Source: Azolla caroliniana
Lineage: Eukaryota > Plantae > Polypodiophyta
DNA length: 64,000 bases
Reading direction: 5' to 3'
Assembly: GCA_043228905.1 (NCBI GenBank)
Contig: JBHGNT010000017.1
Span: 10,354,001-10,418,000 of the forward strand
Shown: positions 22,956 to 36,450 of the stretch, piece by piece
How the letters are laid out: each line of letters begins with the position of its first letter
Numbering within the stretch: the first letter of the stretch is position 1
The notes under the pieces: model-generated
What the model saw: the letters and a program-made list of their open reading frames with translations, nothing else
The model's database searches: none
Told to the model about the DNA's origin: nothing
Translations under genes and position numbers: made by a program

Positions 22956-23344
22956 AGCGGACTATTGAAGCATGGGGCACAAATAGTCCGAGCAATCACA
23001 AGACCCCACAAGAAAGAAGAGTGCGTGGATTGCGAGGAGAAGCAACATGTGTCACACCTAGTGGCGCATGTAAGCTAGTACTACTCGACAAGAAGCACAA
23101 GCACCGGATACAAGAATTCGAGAAGATGTTGAAAGAAGAAAACATAATAGAAGAAGGAGAGTTCGTGACTCATATTATGGAAGAAGCCTCATTTAACGAC
23201 ACCATCGGTGAAATCGAGGACGTTGTGGACTTGAGCTATCTTCACAACCAACGCGTTGTCGCGTTGGTACGCGCGTGCGTGGAGAACAAGGCGGGACCAC
23301 TGGGGTCTTGGACCGAGGAATAGGTGAGAAGAGGGAGAGAGAGA

Positions 23345-23788
23345 TAGATAGATAGATTATATTATCGTCTTCGGAGGTCAAATATGACCTATGAGACCAA
23401 AAATATTACATTTCACGTGATACGTGTGAAAGTGAGTAGTGACTCTCGATGTTCAAGAACTTTACCAATGAATGTTGCAATCGAGAGTGCACATTGTGGT
23501 TGTGAGAGGAATTCATGCAAAGATTGGGCTCGATCGAAGAGATGTGGAAAGCATGGTCGAATATGATCAAAGGTAGAGCATTGTATCAAAGTGTGATATT
23601 CAGACTCGCGAACTTGTTTAGGGCAAAGTGTGCATAGCCGACCACTCTCATCACTTGTACCCCAACGCCCTGTTTCACATCGCAATGCATGTGAGCTAAG
23701 TCGCATGGAAGCAATGGTTCGAATGAAAGATAACGGTATGGGCTCTAACATGTATGGATGTGTACGATTTCCCCGTTCCGCAAAGAAT
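23345..23788 (-). mobile_element. 5'-truncated non-LTR retrotransposon (LINE) 3' end
   Basis: Present in only one LTR of F; encodes RLSSHALRCETGRW..RLCTLC..ESEYHTLIQC (LINE C-terminal Zn-finger-like domain), short 3' UTR, (TCTA)n tail. Confidence 0.85.
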
Positions 23789-24449
23789 AGCGGGAGACGC
23801 TCACACACGTATAGACAAAGAAGCGCACGGGGACGCGGCCCAACAACACAGGAGACACGAGTTGAGAACGCTAGCGTGTGTATATAAATATGTATGCAGA
23901 CGACTCGAATGGTTACAACCGATCAGGTCGGCGAGATGGATGCCGGCGCCTGATCACCCACGCACACAGGAGAGCAAGATGGAGATTCAGCTGGAAGCAC
24001 ACGGGCGTTCCGCGGAGCAGGATTAGCCTCCTGAGAACCTGCACAAAAGAAAGCTATGGAGAACGACAGAGAAGAAGAGCTCGGTCCCAGTCCGACAACA
24101 CTTCGTCCCCTCTAGCGTGCGATACCTTCTCTCCCCCGTCTCCCTCTCCTTTATAGCTCAAGGAGGGAGGCCGTTTCACCCGTTTACATCACATTAATTC
24201 TCTGTCCTTTCGGACAGAGATACTCCTCGATTTCCCCTATAGAATATTGCTATCTAGGATTTGACCTTTGTGCCTACCTATCCATTATACAACAAGGGGC
24301 GTGCCCACGTGTAAGGGCCGGTTCACACACACTATACACGGTTTGCGCCTGGGGACGGTTTTCTTCACGACATCCGCCCCCACCTAACCGCGCATCCACC
24401 GGTATGAGCCAAAATTGGGTTCCTACGGGAGAAAACCGATTCTTGCTTT

Positions 24450-27421
24450 ATTCCTCGTTTACCGGTTCATCCTCCGCCTCGGGCTGCTCGTCATTGCTGT
24501 CCATGTCCCCTAGCTCCGGCTCACCGTCGTGTCATTTCTTGAACGCTTTGATCCTCTTCCCTGCTACTGGTATCACCATTCTCGTACCGTCGAGCTCCAC
24601 GAGATGGTACGTCCCATTGCCGTTGGCGCCTGTTACTATGTAAGGCCTGAACCACCTCCTCGCAAACTTCCGCGTGGCCCTATGCTGATTGTTGAGGCTG
24701 CTGTCGCAGATTAGCACCCAGTCGCCTTCCTCGATCTTCCTTGGCCGGAGCCGGTGTGTTTGGTCGAACCGGGCTTTGTTCCTTATCCTCGCTACCCGAA
24801 GTTTCTCCGCGGCACGCTCTACGTCCTCCGGCCTTCGCTCGAGCTGTCGAATCCGCGCCGCCAACAGTTCCTCCCGGCTCATCTCATCCCTCCAGTCCAC
24901 CATGGCCCACGAGGAGATCGTTCGCTCTGTTGTCATGATCGGCTTCTGTCCAAACATAAGCTCAGCCGGCATGAACCCGGTATAGTCCCGGCCACCAGTA
25001 CTTCCCTTTTAGCTTTTCGAACGTGGCCCACGTTCCACGGTGTCTAGCCCAAGGACTATCGTGGTACGCCGCCAGCAAATCCTCTTGTTCCTCCTTCTAC
25101 GCCACCACTCGGAGCGGGATGTCGTTCCTCTTCTTTGGGTGCTTCCATATGTACCCGTCCCGGAGAAAGAATCGGTAGGCTTTCTTCCGAATCCGGTTGG
25201 CCTCGTCCGTTGTCCATGCCGCGTCCGGTGTCATTGTTTTCAGGAACCCGCCGATCTGCAGCCACTCCCCATCGTACTTGCTCTCGTCAAAATCATTAAG
25301 CGTTGGAGTGCATTCCCTGCCGGTTGTTACGTGAGCCGCCTTGAAGAAGTCCACACCGACTTCCTCGTCCTCCGAAACCATGCCGCCCTCGTTTTCGAAC
25401 CTCGCCCTTGAAAGCATGTCGGCCATGGCATTGTCTTCCCCGGAAATGTGTCATATTTCCGGATTCAGGGACTTGATGTACGCTATCCACCTGAGCATTG
25501 CCAGGTTTGGCGTCGCGCATCCGGAAACCATGCCAAGAATTGGCAGACAGTCCGTCTCGATAATTACCTCTGCCCCGATCAGGTAGTCTTTATCGGCCTT
25601 TACTGCCGAAACGATACCCTAGAGCTCGCGTTTAACCTGGGCGTATCCTCGATGCCGCTCGTTGAGGACCTTCGCACCGAACCGGATCGGGAAACGCATG
25701 TCGTCCTCGTCCTCTTGGTTGACGACCCATCCGATCCCGGTCGGACTCGTGTCTATCGTTACGTAAATCGGAGTGTCCTTTCCGTAGACAGCCTTTCGGA
25801 GTGCCGGAGTTGCGGCAAGTGCTTCTTTCATCTTTCGGACAGACTCCGTATGCTCGTCTCTCCACTCGAAATTTTGCCCCTTTTTCAGCAACCCGTATAA
25901 CGGCTCCGCGACGTGAGCGTAATGCGGGATCCAAATGTGGTAGAACGCGCACGCTCCCAAGAACCTCCGAACCTCCGTGACCGAGCTACAATCGTCCTTC
26001 ATCGCGGAGATGGCTTCTACCTTAGCCGGAGACGGTTTCCAACCGTACGACCCGCATAGGTGTCCGACGACCATGATCTCTGATTGCCCGAAGGCCGATT
26101 TTCCCCCGGAGAAGGTGAGCCTCGTGCCCTCCAACCTCTGCAGCACCTTCTTGCAGTCATCAATGTGCGTCGCGACGAATTTCCGGCACCCGTCCGGTCC
26201 GATCGTCTCGTCCCTTTCCTCCACCGGGCATCCCTTGATCGGGACGTCGTCCAGAAACGGCATGGTGATGTCCGGTATACAATCCCTCAGGACCTTGTTC
26301 ATTGCGTTCACCATGTGAGCCACCGAGTTCGTCCCTCCTTGTGGTAGGGTACACATCCGTACTAGGCCGAGAGGAGTTCGCATTGTCGTGATGTCTCTGC
26401 TCTCTATGGCTAGCTGGAACTGATCGTACCCCGAGTAGAGATCACCGACCAAGTAAATCGACCTTCCGGCGAAGGCCTCCGCGAACTCGTCTATTGTCGG
26501 TCTGATTCCTGCGTTTCGAATGGTCACCTTGTTGACCGGCTGCAGGTCTTGAATAAAGCGCAGTGTGCTGTCCTTCTTCGGCACGGTAAACCACCGATTC
26601 GAGTATGGGGCACTCGACGGTTCGAGGATTCCCATCTCGACCTTCTGCTTTAACAGCTCCATCAGCTTCAGGATGTGAACTCTGGGTACTGGAATCGGTT
26701 TGAGACTCCACGGCACATGCGGTACCGTGAATATCACCATCGGTTCCACGATTGTCGGGTCTACGCACCCGATCTCCTCCGGTGAGAATGCGAAAGCCTT
26801 CCCGTGCCTTCCGAGCATTCCCCGAAAACGGTCCTCTTCCGCTAGTAGTAGGAAGCCGCCCCCACTGATTTTGAGCTCGCACAACGTTATGTCGGTGAAC
26901 GTGTGTCCTATGCGGGCCGGATTTCGTAAACTCGGGTCCGACACAACCCCCTTTATTCGCAACTCGCTGCCTTCCGGCAAGGGAGCCGCGACTGGCCTCA
27001 CCTTCCAGTCCACAGTCTTGTACCTCGTGTCCACCTGGGCCGTCCGATCCGACTCGAGCCCTCTACCGAAGTCCGCGATGACTTCGTACATCCTTTCCGA
27101 ACATACCAGAATTGTCCGGTCCTCTTTAAGGACTCTTCCGACTACCTCTCGCAGCTCCCCCAAGGTATCAACAAAAGAAACCGCCTCCACGGCTCCGTTG
27201 ATTTCCTCTCCAAGGCCGAGGATACCACATGCCTGAAGTTGCTCCTCCGCCCTTTTCTTCTTCCGGCCAACAACGTCGACTATCGTACACCCTCCGTTGT
27301 CGGAGAACCAAAATGTCCTACTTATAGTACAGGTCTTCTTTGCTATCGTACACTTGTGGGGTTTTCCCGGAGTGTACGGACTATCGCGGCCCCGCGCCTT
27401 GATAGCCCTCTCTAAAAATCC
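24450..27421 (-). pseudogene. pol: RT-RH-(partial IN) ORF of element F
   Basis: 523-aa ORF with RFIQDLQPVN, PFLDD, TIDTSPTGIGW; deletion near 24982 joins KYWWPGLY to TGFMPAEL. Confidence 0.92.
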
Positions 27422-29538
27422 TCTCGGCTTTCGCCCCCGAGGGTCTCGCGGTTCCGCTCATGGTTCGGTCTCACCGTCAGGAACTGGACCGAGTGACGCC
27501 CATCCTGGCTCTTGACGCTTGCATAGGCCGAGCCATTGTCCAGCACCTTGGTCTCCATCCGTGCTGCCGTGATGTACGGTTCTCCTAGTATAACCGGATG
27601 TGAGGACGTCTCCTGCACGAAGAAGTGCTGGTCAATCTCGACATCGCCGATCTTTACTTGTACATTCGGGCAGGCTCCATGCAGTTCTTCGGTGGCACGC
27701 GTCACTGCCCGTATTTTCCACCCATGCTTGGTGTTAATCGGCCATTTCCCTTTCTTATAGAAGTCCATGGACATCAAATTGATTTCTGAACCGTGGTCCA
27801 CCAACGCCACCACCGGTTCATGAACATCTCCGATCTTCACGGGGGTCTCCGTGGTCGCTCTGGCCCAGTGCAGCTGCGAATAGTGGCTCTCCGCCAACTC
27901 GTCTTCCAGCGCCATGCCCTCTATGTGCGTCATCTGCACCTCCACCAGCTTCTCCGGTTCTGTCTCCGTCGACAGCCTCTTCCTCTTCACCAAGTCTACG
28001 ATGGAGTCGTGGAACTCCTTCTTGGCGATCCCGAGCACTTCCCTCAGCGACAGTTCCACCTTGCTGTCAAGGATTCGTTCTTCCAGGACCTTTCGCAGGT
28101 CCGTGGATCTTTCGATTTCAGTGCCCAGCCGCTACCCGCCCCTCTTGGGATTATCCTGGGCGCCGGTTACACCGGCCTCATTTCGTTTTTGCCCGAATCG
28201 AGTTTCATATCGTTGTGAGGGCCCGACCCCTCTGGTTTTCCCTACCCGCTTGTCCTCCACCAGAGCCTCGTAGTTTTGACAAGTGGCTTTGGCGAAGCCC
28301 ATCTTTTCTTCCACCGGGTCACTCCACCGGGTCACCTCCCGGACCCATTTTTCCGCGCGGTCCGCCTCTTCTTTCCTTAGTCGTGCGCCGGCGAGGCCTT
28401 CTAGCATCGTCGGCTAGAACCCGACTTTTTTCGTCTTCTGGGCCTCGCCACCTCCGACCCGAATACCAGCTGACGCCGAGTAGTGGACGGTCTCCGCGTG
28501 ACGAGCCGCCGCCTCCTCCATCAGCCTTTTCATACCCCCTCGCCCGACGTTCAAGTCTAGGGGCCTTCGGGTTTCGCCGGCGTGCACCTGACCGTTCCAC
28601 AGGTACACCACGTTTCTTCTCATCGCCTCAGCGAAGTCCCCGCAGTCCTTCCGGATGTGGCCAACCGCGTCACACCACATGCACCTGTTTCCAGCCAGAG
28701 GTCGTCGGTCATGGCCCTGTTCACTACCGTCCCTCCGTGCCTAGGCGATCTGGAGATCCTTTACCATCCGCGTCAGTTCCTCCAGAGTTGCTCCCCCGGA
28801 CGAGCCCTTGACCATGCCGGTCGAAGCCGATCCGGTCTCGAGCCAATCTCGGGTCTCTTCCCTTCGCGTTGGTGGCGTTGGCTCGAGCTTCCTCGCTATG
28901 ACAAAGCCCGCCCCTGTTGATCCTTTGTCAACCCATTCCCGTCGTTTGTCGAAACGGCCACACACCCTTTTCACCACGGCCCAGTCGGCCGTCAGCCCGT
29001 CATCAGTCTCCAATAGGAGGCCTACCTGCTCCCGATCCCGCTCATCAACTGACTTAACAAACAATAGGACATGGCTTGTGTCCAGAATGGTCCGGTCAAG
29101 CACCGAGAGGCGCGTGAAGCGTTCCTCAAACTCCCGGAGGAGCACCGACACGTTCCTTCCTTTGTCGGGAGTCTGCACCCACTCCATGAAGTCCCGCTTC
29201 GAAAGTCGAAGCGCATCTTCAAGCCCGTATTTTTCGAGGAGCCAACCTTCGAACTCCTCCCAGGTCCGGCTCTCGGCCTGTACCTCGAGCACCTCCGTAT
29301 GGATACCCGACATCGCCACTCGAGGGAATCCGGCTAGACGCCTCTCTTCCGGAATGTCCCTCATTACCATCTCAGCCCGGTAGGACGCCAAGTAGCTCGT
29401 GGCATCCTTCCCACTAAACCAACCGATCATACCGACAACCGCCTCGATAGCCCTATCAAGGGCGCGGGTGCCTTCGCGCGCACTCACTATACGGTCCACA
29501 ACCGAACCCATGGCTTCTGCAAGGTCCGACCCCCTCAT
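27412..29538 (-). pseudogene. gag: Gag-protease ORF of element F
   Basis: Homologous to E gag; CMWCDAVGHIRKDC, ALVDHGSEINLM, VILGEPY; ends GGESREDF-stop; several in-frame TAG codons. Confidence 0.9.
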
Positions 29539-32500
29539 CTTCTACTCCTCTGCCGCCTGTTCACGTCGGGTTCACCAAATATGTCGCGTTGGTACGCGCG
29601 TGCGTGGAGAACAAGGCGGGACCACTGGGGTCTTGGATCGAGGAATAGGTGAGAAGAGGGAGAGAGAGAGAGGGAGAGCGGGAGACGCTCACACACGTAT
29701 AGACAAAGAAGTGCACGGGGACGCGGCCCAACAACACAGGAGACACGAGTTGAGAACGCTAGCGTGTGTATATAAATATGTATGTAGAGGACTCGAACGG
29801 TTACAGTCGATCAGGTCGGCGAGATGGATGCCGGCGCCTGATCACCCACGCACACAGGAGAGCAAGATGGAGATTCAGCTGGAAGCACACGGGCGTTCCG
29901 CGGAGCAGGATCAGCCTCCTGAGAACCTGCACAAAAGAAAGCTATGGAGAACGACAGAGAAGAAGAGCTCGGTCCCAGTCCGACAACACTTCGTCCCCTC
30001 TAGCGCGCGATACCTTCTCTCCCCCGTCTCCCTCTCTTTTATAGCTCAAGGAGGGAGGCCGTTTCACCCGTTTACATCACATTAATTCTCTGTCCTTTCG
30101 GACAGAGATACTCCTCGATTTCCCCTATAGAATATTGCTACCTAGGATTTGACCTTTGTGCCTACCTATCCATTATACAACAAGGGGCGTGCCCACGTGT
30201 AAGGGCCGGTTCACACACACTATACACGGTTTGCGCCTGGGGACGGTTTTCTTCACGACAACGTGATTTCGGTTAACTCCGTCAACATGTACGCTATCAT
30301 CGATGAATACCGTCGTGGCATCTCGATGAAGGAAGCTGACATCAACACGAAATATAAAACGGTGGATAAGAAGATCAAGCCAGTTGCAGTTCCGCTACTA
30401 GAAGATAGCTGGCAAAAGATGAAGGAATTCGCTAACGATCCAAGCTTAAGAGATCCGAAGAAGATAGGTCATGTCTTCACCAAAGAGAAGAAGGGGAAGC
30501 TACGAGTTGGAAAGGAGGATTTCCTTCTCCCTGAAGAGGAGCGAATGTTTCGCGATATGCTTGAGAGACATGGGAAGGCTTTCGCATTCTTCCCACGAGA
30601 AATCGGATGCGCCGACCCAAAGGTTATAGAGCCGATGGTGATCTTCATGGTGCCTCATGTGCCTTGGAATTTGAAACCGATACCGGTTCCGAGAGCACAC
30701 CTTCCGAAGCTGATCGATCTCTTAAAGGAGAAGGTGAGTATGGGAATTCTAGAACCGTCGAATGCTCCTTATTCCAATAGGTGGTTCACGGTGCTGAAGA
30801 AGAATGGATCATTGCGATTCATCCAAGATCTTCAACCCGTCAACAAGGTGACAATTCGAAATGCCGGAATCGGTCCGAGCGTGCACGAATTTGCCGAAGC
30901 GTTTGCGGGCCGGTCCATCTACTCCATTGGCGATCTCTACTCCGGATATGACCAATTCCAATTGGCGATCGACAGTCGGGACATTACAACCATGAGGACT
31001 CCGATCGGGCTTGTGCGGATGTGTACCTTACCCCAAGGCGCAATGAACTCGGTGGCTCATATGGTGAATGCCATGAATAAAGTCTTGAAGGATTGCATCC
31101 CGGACATCACGATGCCATTCTTGGATGATATTCCGATAAAAGGATGTTCGGATGAGGAGAAAGATGAATCGAAAGATAAGGAAGGTTGTAGAATGTTCGT
31201 TGCGGATCATATGAAAGATTGCGAGAAGGTGCTTCAAAGGCTCGAAGATGCGAATTTGACATTTTTGGGAGAAAAATCCGCATTCAGGCAACCAAAGATT
31301 TTGGTGGTAGGTCACTTGTGTGGAGCATACGGCCGGAATCCCTTGCCATCCAAAGTGAATGCAATCCAAGACATGAAAGAAGAATGTGAAAACCAAACAG
31401 AGGTTCGAAGGTTCCTTGGAGCGTGCGCGTTTTATCATATATGAATTCCTCACTACGCTCATGTCGCCGAACCGTTATATGGACTACTAAAGAAAAGAAT
31501 GAAGTTCGAATGGCGAGATGAGCACACAAATGCGATGCGAAGATTAACGAAACTGGTTCTTGAAGCTCCGGCACTAAGGAAGGCGGACTATGCCGAAGGA
31601 AAACCAATTTACGTGACCGTAGATATGAGCCCAACTGGAATCGGGTGGGTCATCAATCAAGAAGGTGAAGATAATGCACGATATGCCGTCAAGTTCGGAG
31701 CAAAGGTTCTCAGTGAACGGCAACAAAGATATGCCCAAGTCAAGCGGGAACTTTGGGGTATTGTGTCGGCAGTGAAGACGGACAAAGATTACCTGATCGG
31801 GTCAGAAGTGATAATAGCGACAGATTGTCTCCCAATTCTTGGAATGGTCTCGGGATGTGCGACCCCAGATCTTGCTATGCTAAGGTGGATCGCCTACATC
31901 AAGTCTTTAAACCCAGAGATCCGTCACATTGCAGGGAAGAAGAACGCCATGGCTGACAAGTTGTCGAGGGCAAGATTTTCAAACGAAAGTAACATGGTTT
32001 CGGAAGATGAAGATGTCGCCCTCGACTTCTTCAAGATGGCTCGATTGTCGGCAGAAGACCAGGACACAAAAACCCTCCACGCCTTCAACGAGAACGAGTA
32101 CGAAGGAGAGTGGTTACTCATCAGTAGATTCCTAAGAACATTGACGACAGATGCTTCGTTGACAAAGGAGGAGGCCCTACGAATCCGAAAGAAAGCTTAC
32201 CGATACTTCTTGAAGGGAGGATTCCTTTGGCGACATCCAAAAAGAAGGACAGGAGTACCACGTCGAGTGGTGGTAAAGAAAGAAGAGCAAGAGACGCTGA
32301 TGACCGAATTCCACGAGAGTGCTTGGGCAGGTCATAGAGGAACATGGGCGATGTTCGAAAAGTTGAACGAGAAGTACTGGTGGCCAAGCATGTACAAAGA
32401 TGTACTCCATTTTGTGTCCACATGCGAAACTTGCCAAATATATTCAAATATACGTCATCGTGATGAGTTACAACTAACATACCCACTCACCATACACTTC

Positions 32501-34758
32501 AAATGGATGGTGGATCTGGTCTCGATGCCAATGGGAGTGGGACAAATGAAGTACTTAGCGCTGGCAAGGGAAGACTTGACAAATCAAGTGGAAGGACGAG
32601 CCTTGACAAATAAGACGACTTCAGCCGTTTGCAAATTTCTGCTTGAAGAGGTTGTTTGCCGATATGGATGTGTAGGGAAGATAGTGGCCGACCGAGGGGA
32701 GTTGGACGCGCACGAAGCGACGAAGCTCTTCGAAAGACTAGGCGTGAAGCTCTCCCTCACGACTGCCTACAATCCGGAAGCGAATGGGAAGATCGAGCGA
32801 GGGCATGGACCTATCATTAAAGCCATCGTACGGGCATGCAATGGTTGAGTCGGGAATTGGCCATGACTATTACCCTATGCCTTGTGGGCCGATAGAACGA
32901 CACATAGCTCGGTGACAGGGTATATGCCGACAGAGCTTATGTATGGACAAAAGCCGATTATGCCCATCGAAAGGACGATCGCCTCATGGGTAGCGATACC
33001 GTGGGAGAACGAGATGAGCTGAGAAGAGTTATTAGCGGCGCAGATAAGGCAACTTGAAAGAAGACCTGAAGATTTAGAAAAAGCGCGAAAGATGATGGAG
33101 GCAGCCTGAGTAAAGAACAAAGTTCGGTTCGACAACACGCATCGACTTCGTCCCAAGAAGATTAAAGAAGGGGATTGGGTTTTGGTTTACGACAGCACCC
33201 TTGATCTTCAACACAGTACAACAAGGAAGTTCGCAAGAAGATGGTTCAGGCCGTATGTGGTGATAAGTGCCAACGATAATGCCACATACCACCTTGCGGA
33301 ACTAGACGGATCAAGGTTGGTCGTACCCATTGCGGGAAAAAGAGTAAAGATTTTCAAGAAAAGACAAAACAAGGATCTTGACCTCGATTACCTCGGTAAT
33401 GAACATAATAGGGCGGATATAAATGAAGACATGGAGGAATCTAATTGATCATCGTAGCCGAAATCTCACTTTCTCTCTTCTTGGCACGTACCGGAGGACG
33501 TGCGGTTTGGTGGGGGTGGATGTCGTGAAGATTTTCGGCAATAGTGTGAAAATCCCATAAAACGTACAAAATCGAGTATGAATTATATAATACAATAATT
33601 GTGAAGATAACATTTTAAATCAATTTAATAACTAAGTACAAAATGATGGAGGTTTCGAATGCACTTTATTACACGAGAAACGGACAACTAAATGTCAAGA
33701 TATGAGGGTATAAAGTTTGTGAAAGGAAAAGAGAAAATTGTGATATATCCCACATAGGCACGACAAATACGGCTCTCATCATATATAAGGTAGAGCAAAA
33801 GATATTATCTTTCTGTCTATGTGTGGAGCATAGAGAGTTTAAGGTAACTTGAACTAAGACTGGAGGTGCGCTAGCTACTCATAAAGGGTTTTCGCCAACC
33901 AAAACCGGACTGGCGATGGAGCCGGTGATTCGGCGGCATCCGGCGCCGGTGAGACGACGACATCCGGTGAGGCACCGGTAACCGACGGCATCCGGTGGCG
34001 GCACCGGTATCCGGCCACGGCGAGGCGGCGGCATCCGGTGCCGGTGAGATGACGGCATCCAGCGAGGCACCGGTAACCGACGGCATTCGGCGGCGGCACT
34101 GGTATCCGGCGGCAACCGGTGACGGCATCCGGCGAGGCACTGGTAACCGACGGCATCCGACGAACCGACGTCCGGCGACTAGATAAATAAATATATAAAT
34201 ATATATACATATATACATATACAAGGAGGGCAAGTAAAGATTCAAACCTTGCACCTCCGAGGTAGGAGTCAATTGACTTACCATTAAGCCATGCCATTTA
34301 GTTGAATTTATATTTCTATCATTGTAGTTTTACGTGTAAATTCTCATACACGAGAGCTAAAATGAGTGACATGGTTATCATGCACCACATGTAATACATA
34401 AGCGCCAAATGGCAAGCATGCATTTTATGCATGTCTTGTACCCTCACATGCATATGCATGAGAGCATCTATAAAAGAAGGAAGGGGGAGGAGAAAAAACG
34501 CGTCTTTTTTTTGTTATGAAATTAAGAAGAAGAAATTCGTTATCAAATTGATCGTGTAACTTGTTTCTTAAATCCAAAGATAAAAGTTCAATCAATCTCT
34601 CTCAATTGTTTAATCTCAACTTCTGTCTTTCCCAATCTATCTTAAGTACTTGCTCGCCAAAGCTCGCACCAAAGCTTGTACCGACTTTGAATCCTTCCGG
34701 TCCAAAACCCCGGCGGTTCCGCCTCACGATCCGCGCGTAGTGACGGATCTTCACGACA

Positions 34759-35038
34759 CCGATTCTCACCGGGTCTTGCGTTTCCGGGTACTCATCATCC
34801 GGTTCTCACCGGGTCTGCACCATCCGGCTCTCCGTAGCCGGGTACTCGTCATCCAGTTCTCACCGGGTCTGCAACATCCGGCTCTCCATAGCCGGGTACT
34901 CGTCATCCGGTTTTCACCGGGTCTTCCGTAGCTGGGTATTCCTCATCCGGTTTCGGCCTCGGCCTATCAGCCTCAGCCGAGTTTGCTCATCAATACTGTT
35001 CTTCTAACTTTCCATCCGGAGGGACCTGTTTCCTAACA
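34759..35038 (-). repeat. Partial copia family A LTR (target of element E), inserted in the extra ORF of D
   Basis: 54-bp units and terminus ..ggacctgtttcctaaCA, the reverse complement of the start of LTR 17-620. Confidence 0.9.
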
Positions 35039-36450
35039 TAAAGGTCATCAAGCATATGACCGGCTGAAGGAAGAAAAAGAAAAACTCCTGCAGGAAAAGC
35101 ACAAACTCCGGCGCTCGGCGGAAGCAGAGATTGAGCGACTCAATGAAAGCTCTGACAACAAAAGGACCGGGAAGACCATGCTCGCTGTTTGATCAACCAA
35201 TAGTTGAAACAAAAAACTGACGACTTTGATTGGCTGCATTGGGATCACAAACACTTGGATGTAGAACACAAGAAATTGATCACCGAAAGTGACCGGCACC
35301 AGGAGAAGTTATGGGAACTTCGGGATGAGGTTAACTGGACCGTGGCAGCTTTGGTAGAGGAACAATCGAAGGGGGCTGAAGCAGTGAAACGATTGGTACA
35401 AGCGGCGAAAGAACAAGTAGAGTTGACCCGATAGCACTCAGAGGCAATGGAGCGCGCTACAATGGCTCTTAACAAAGTTCAGATGACCTATCAGACCCAA
35501 CTCATGCACTACAGAAGCCAAGAAGCAGCAACCGCGAGCCTAATCAAACAATTGAAGGACGAAAAACAGGTCGCGGAGAACAAGTCGAAGATGGGACTGG
35601 GGCGAATTCGTGATCTGGTGCGGACATGGAGAGATCAGACAAAACGACTGGTGGAAGAAAGTTCGGTTCAATGGTGGTCTCAATGGGCTAAGCAGGTAGC
35701 AACGTTACAATTGCTGAGAGCGGATGTGGAGAACCGACGGAAGGACGACGACGATTTCTATAAACTGGACGAAGAAAACATTGTAGTTATAAGGGAGGAA
35801 ATTTCAGACGACTTCCTATCATTAGCCGGGGACCAATTGGCGGCGGTGAGGCAATTGGTGGAACAACTGGACAACGACCAGTTGGATACCCAACTCCAAC
35901 TCGAGCGGTATGAACGAGAACGGCGACAACAAGAAGTGGTCTGAAGAATTGCGGCGATCAATATCAGTGATGAGGAGCAGTCTTCGGAGCAGGTGCCAAA
36001 TGAAGCCGAAGTTGGGGGAAAGTAGCCGAACATAACTCCGAAGGAGAAGCCGAAAAATGGAAGCCTGCACACAGGAAACCATCAACAAGAGGAGCCCAAA
36101 CCAATAGAACCAGAACCGGAAGCCTCGGGACCGGTGGAACCGGAGACACCAGCGGAACCGGAGAGTCTAGTGGAACCTTAGAAACCAGTGGAACCGGAGA
36201 GACAAGTGGAACCGGAGAGACTGGTGGAACTAGAGAGACAAGTGGAACTGGAAAGACCAGTGAAACCGGAGAGACCAGAGGAGCAGGAGTAGAAGGAGGA
36301 GCGGGAGCAGGAGCAGCAACAGACGACGAAGTGTTTACCCGATGAGCCTTTAGAACCCTTAGACCAGAGCATTCTGGAAATTTTGGAGGAAGAGTGAAGG
36401 GCGAACCGTGGGATTCGACGTACAAGGTACTGTCCCACGGGCGTGCCATG
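35039..36450 (+). pseudogene. C-terminal coiled-coil part of the extra 3' ORF of element D
   Basis: E/K/Q/L-rich helical frame with ..GRIRDLVRTWRDQTKRLVEESSVQWW..; paralogous to 53900-56719 and 52034-52820. Confidence 0.7.
36105..36285 (+). repeat. 18-bp tandem minisatellite (accagtggaaccggagag; TSGTGE-type)
   Basis: About eight degenerate 18-bp units visible directly. Confidence 0.8.

Larger units (their letters stand above)
23257..30260 (-). mobile_element. tRNA-Trp-primed Ty3/gypsy element F (LTR family D), integrase core deleted
   Basis: 5' LTR 29582-30260, PBS 29561-29577, PPT 24373-24382, 3' LTR 23257-24372, 4-bp TSD gcgt/acgt whose removal restores the host pol frame (NQRV-ISVN). Confidence 0.95.
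22946..33448 (+). pseudogene. pol: RT-RH-IN ORF of element E in the -1 frame, interrupted by element F (23257-30260)
   Basis: RFIQDLQPVNKVT, DLYSGYDQ, LPQG, PFLDD, TVDMSPTGIGW, TDCLP, H..GHRG..CETC, DRGE, NPEANGKIERGH; no chromodomain. Confidence 0.92.
19662..34758 (+). mobile_element. tRNA-Trp-primed Ty3/gypsy element E (LTR family C), nearly complete
   Basis: 5' LTR 19662-20689 (about the first 150 bp lost), PBS 20698-20714, PPT tgggggtgga, 3' LTR 33521-34758 with TGTCGTGAAG...CTTCACGACA inverted termini. Confidence 0.93.

Noticed and set aside
23413-23808. Captured host zinc-finger gene
   Set aside because: The motif, 5' truncation and simple-repeat tail fit a LINE 3' end.
33871-34297. 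Overlapping Arg/Pro/Ala-rich ORFs
   Set aside because: GC-rich short tandem repeats within LTR C that lack stop codons by composition.
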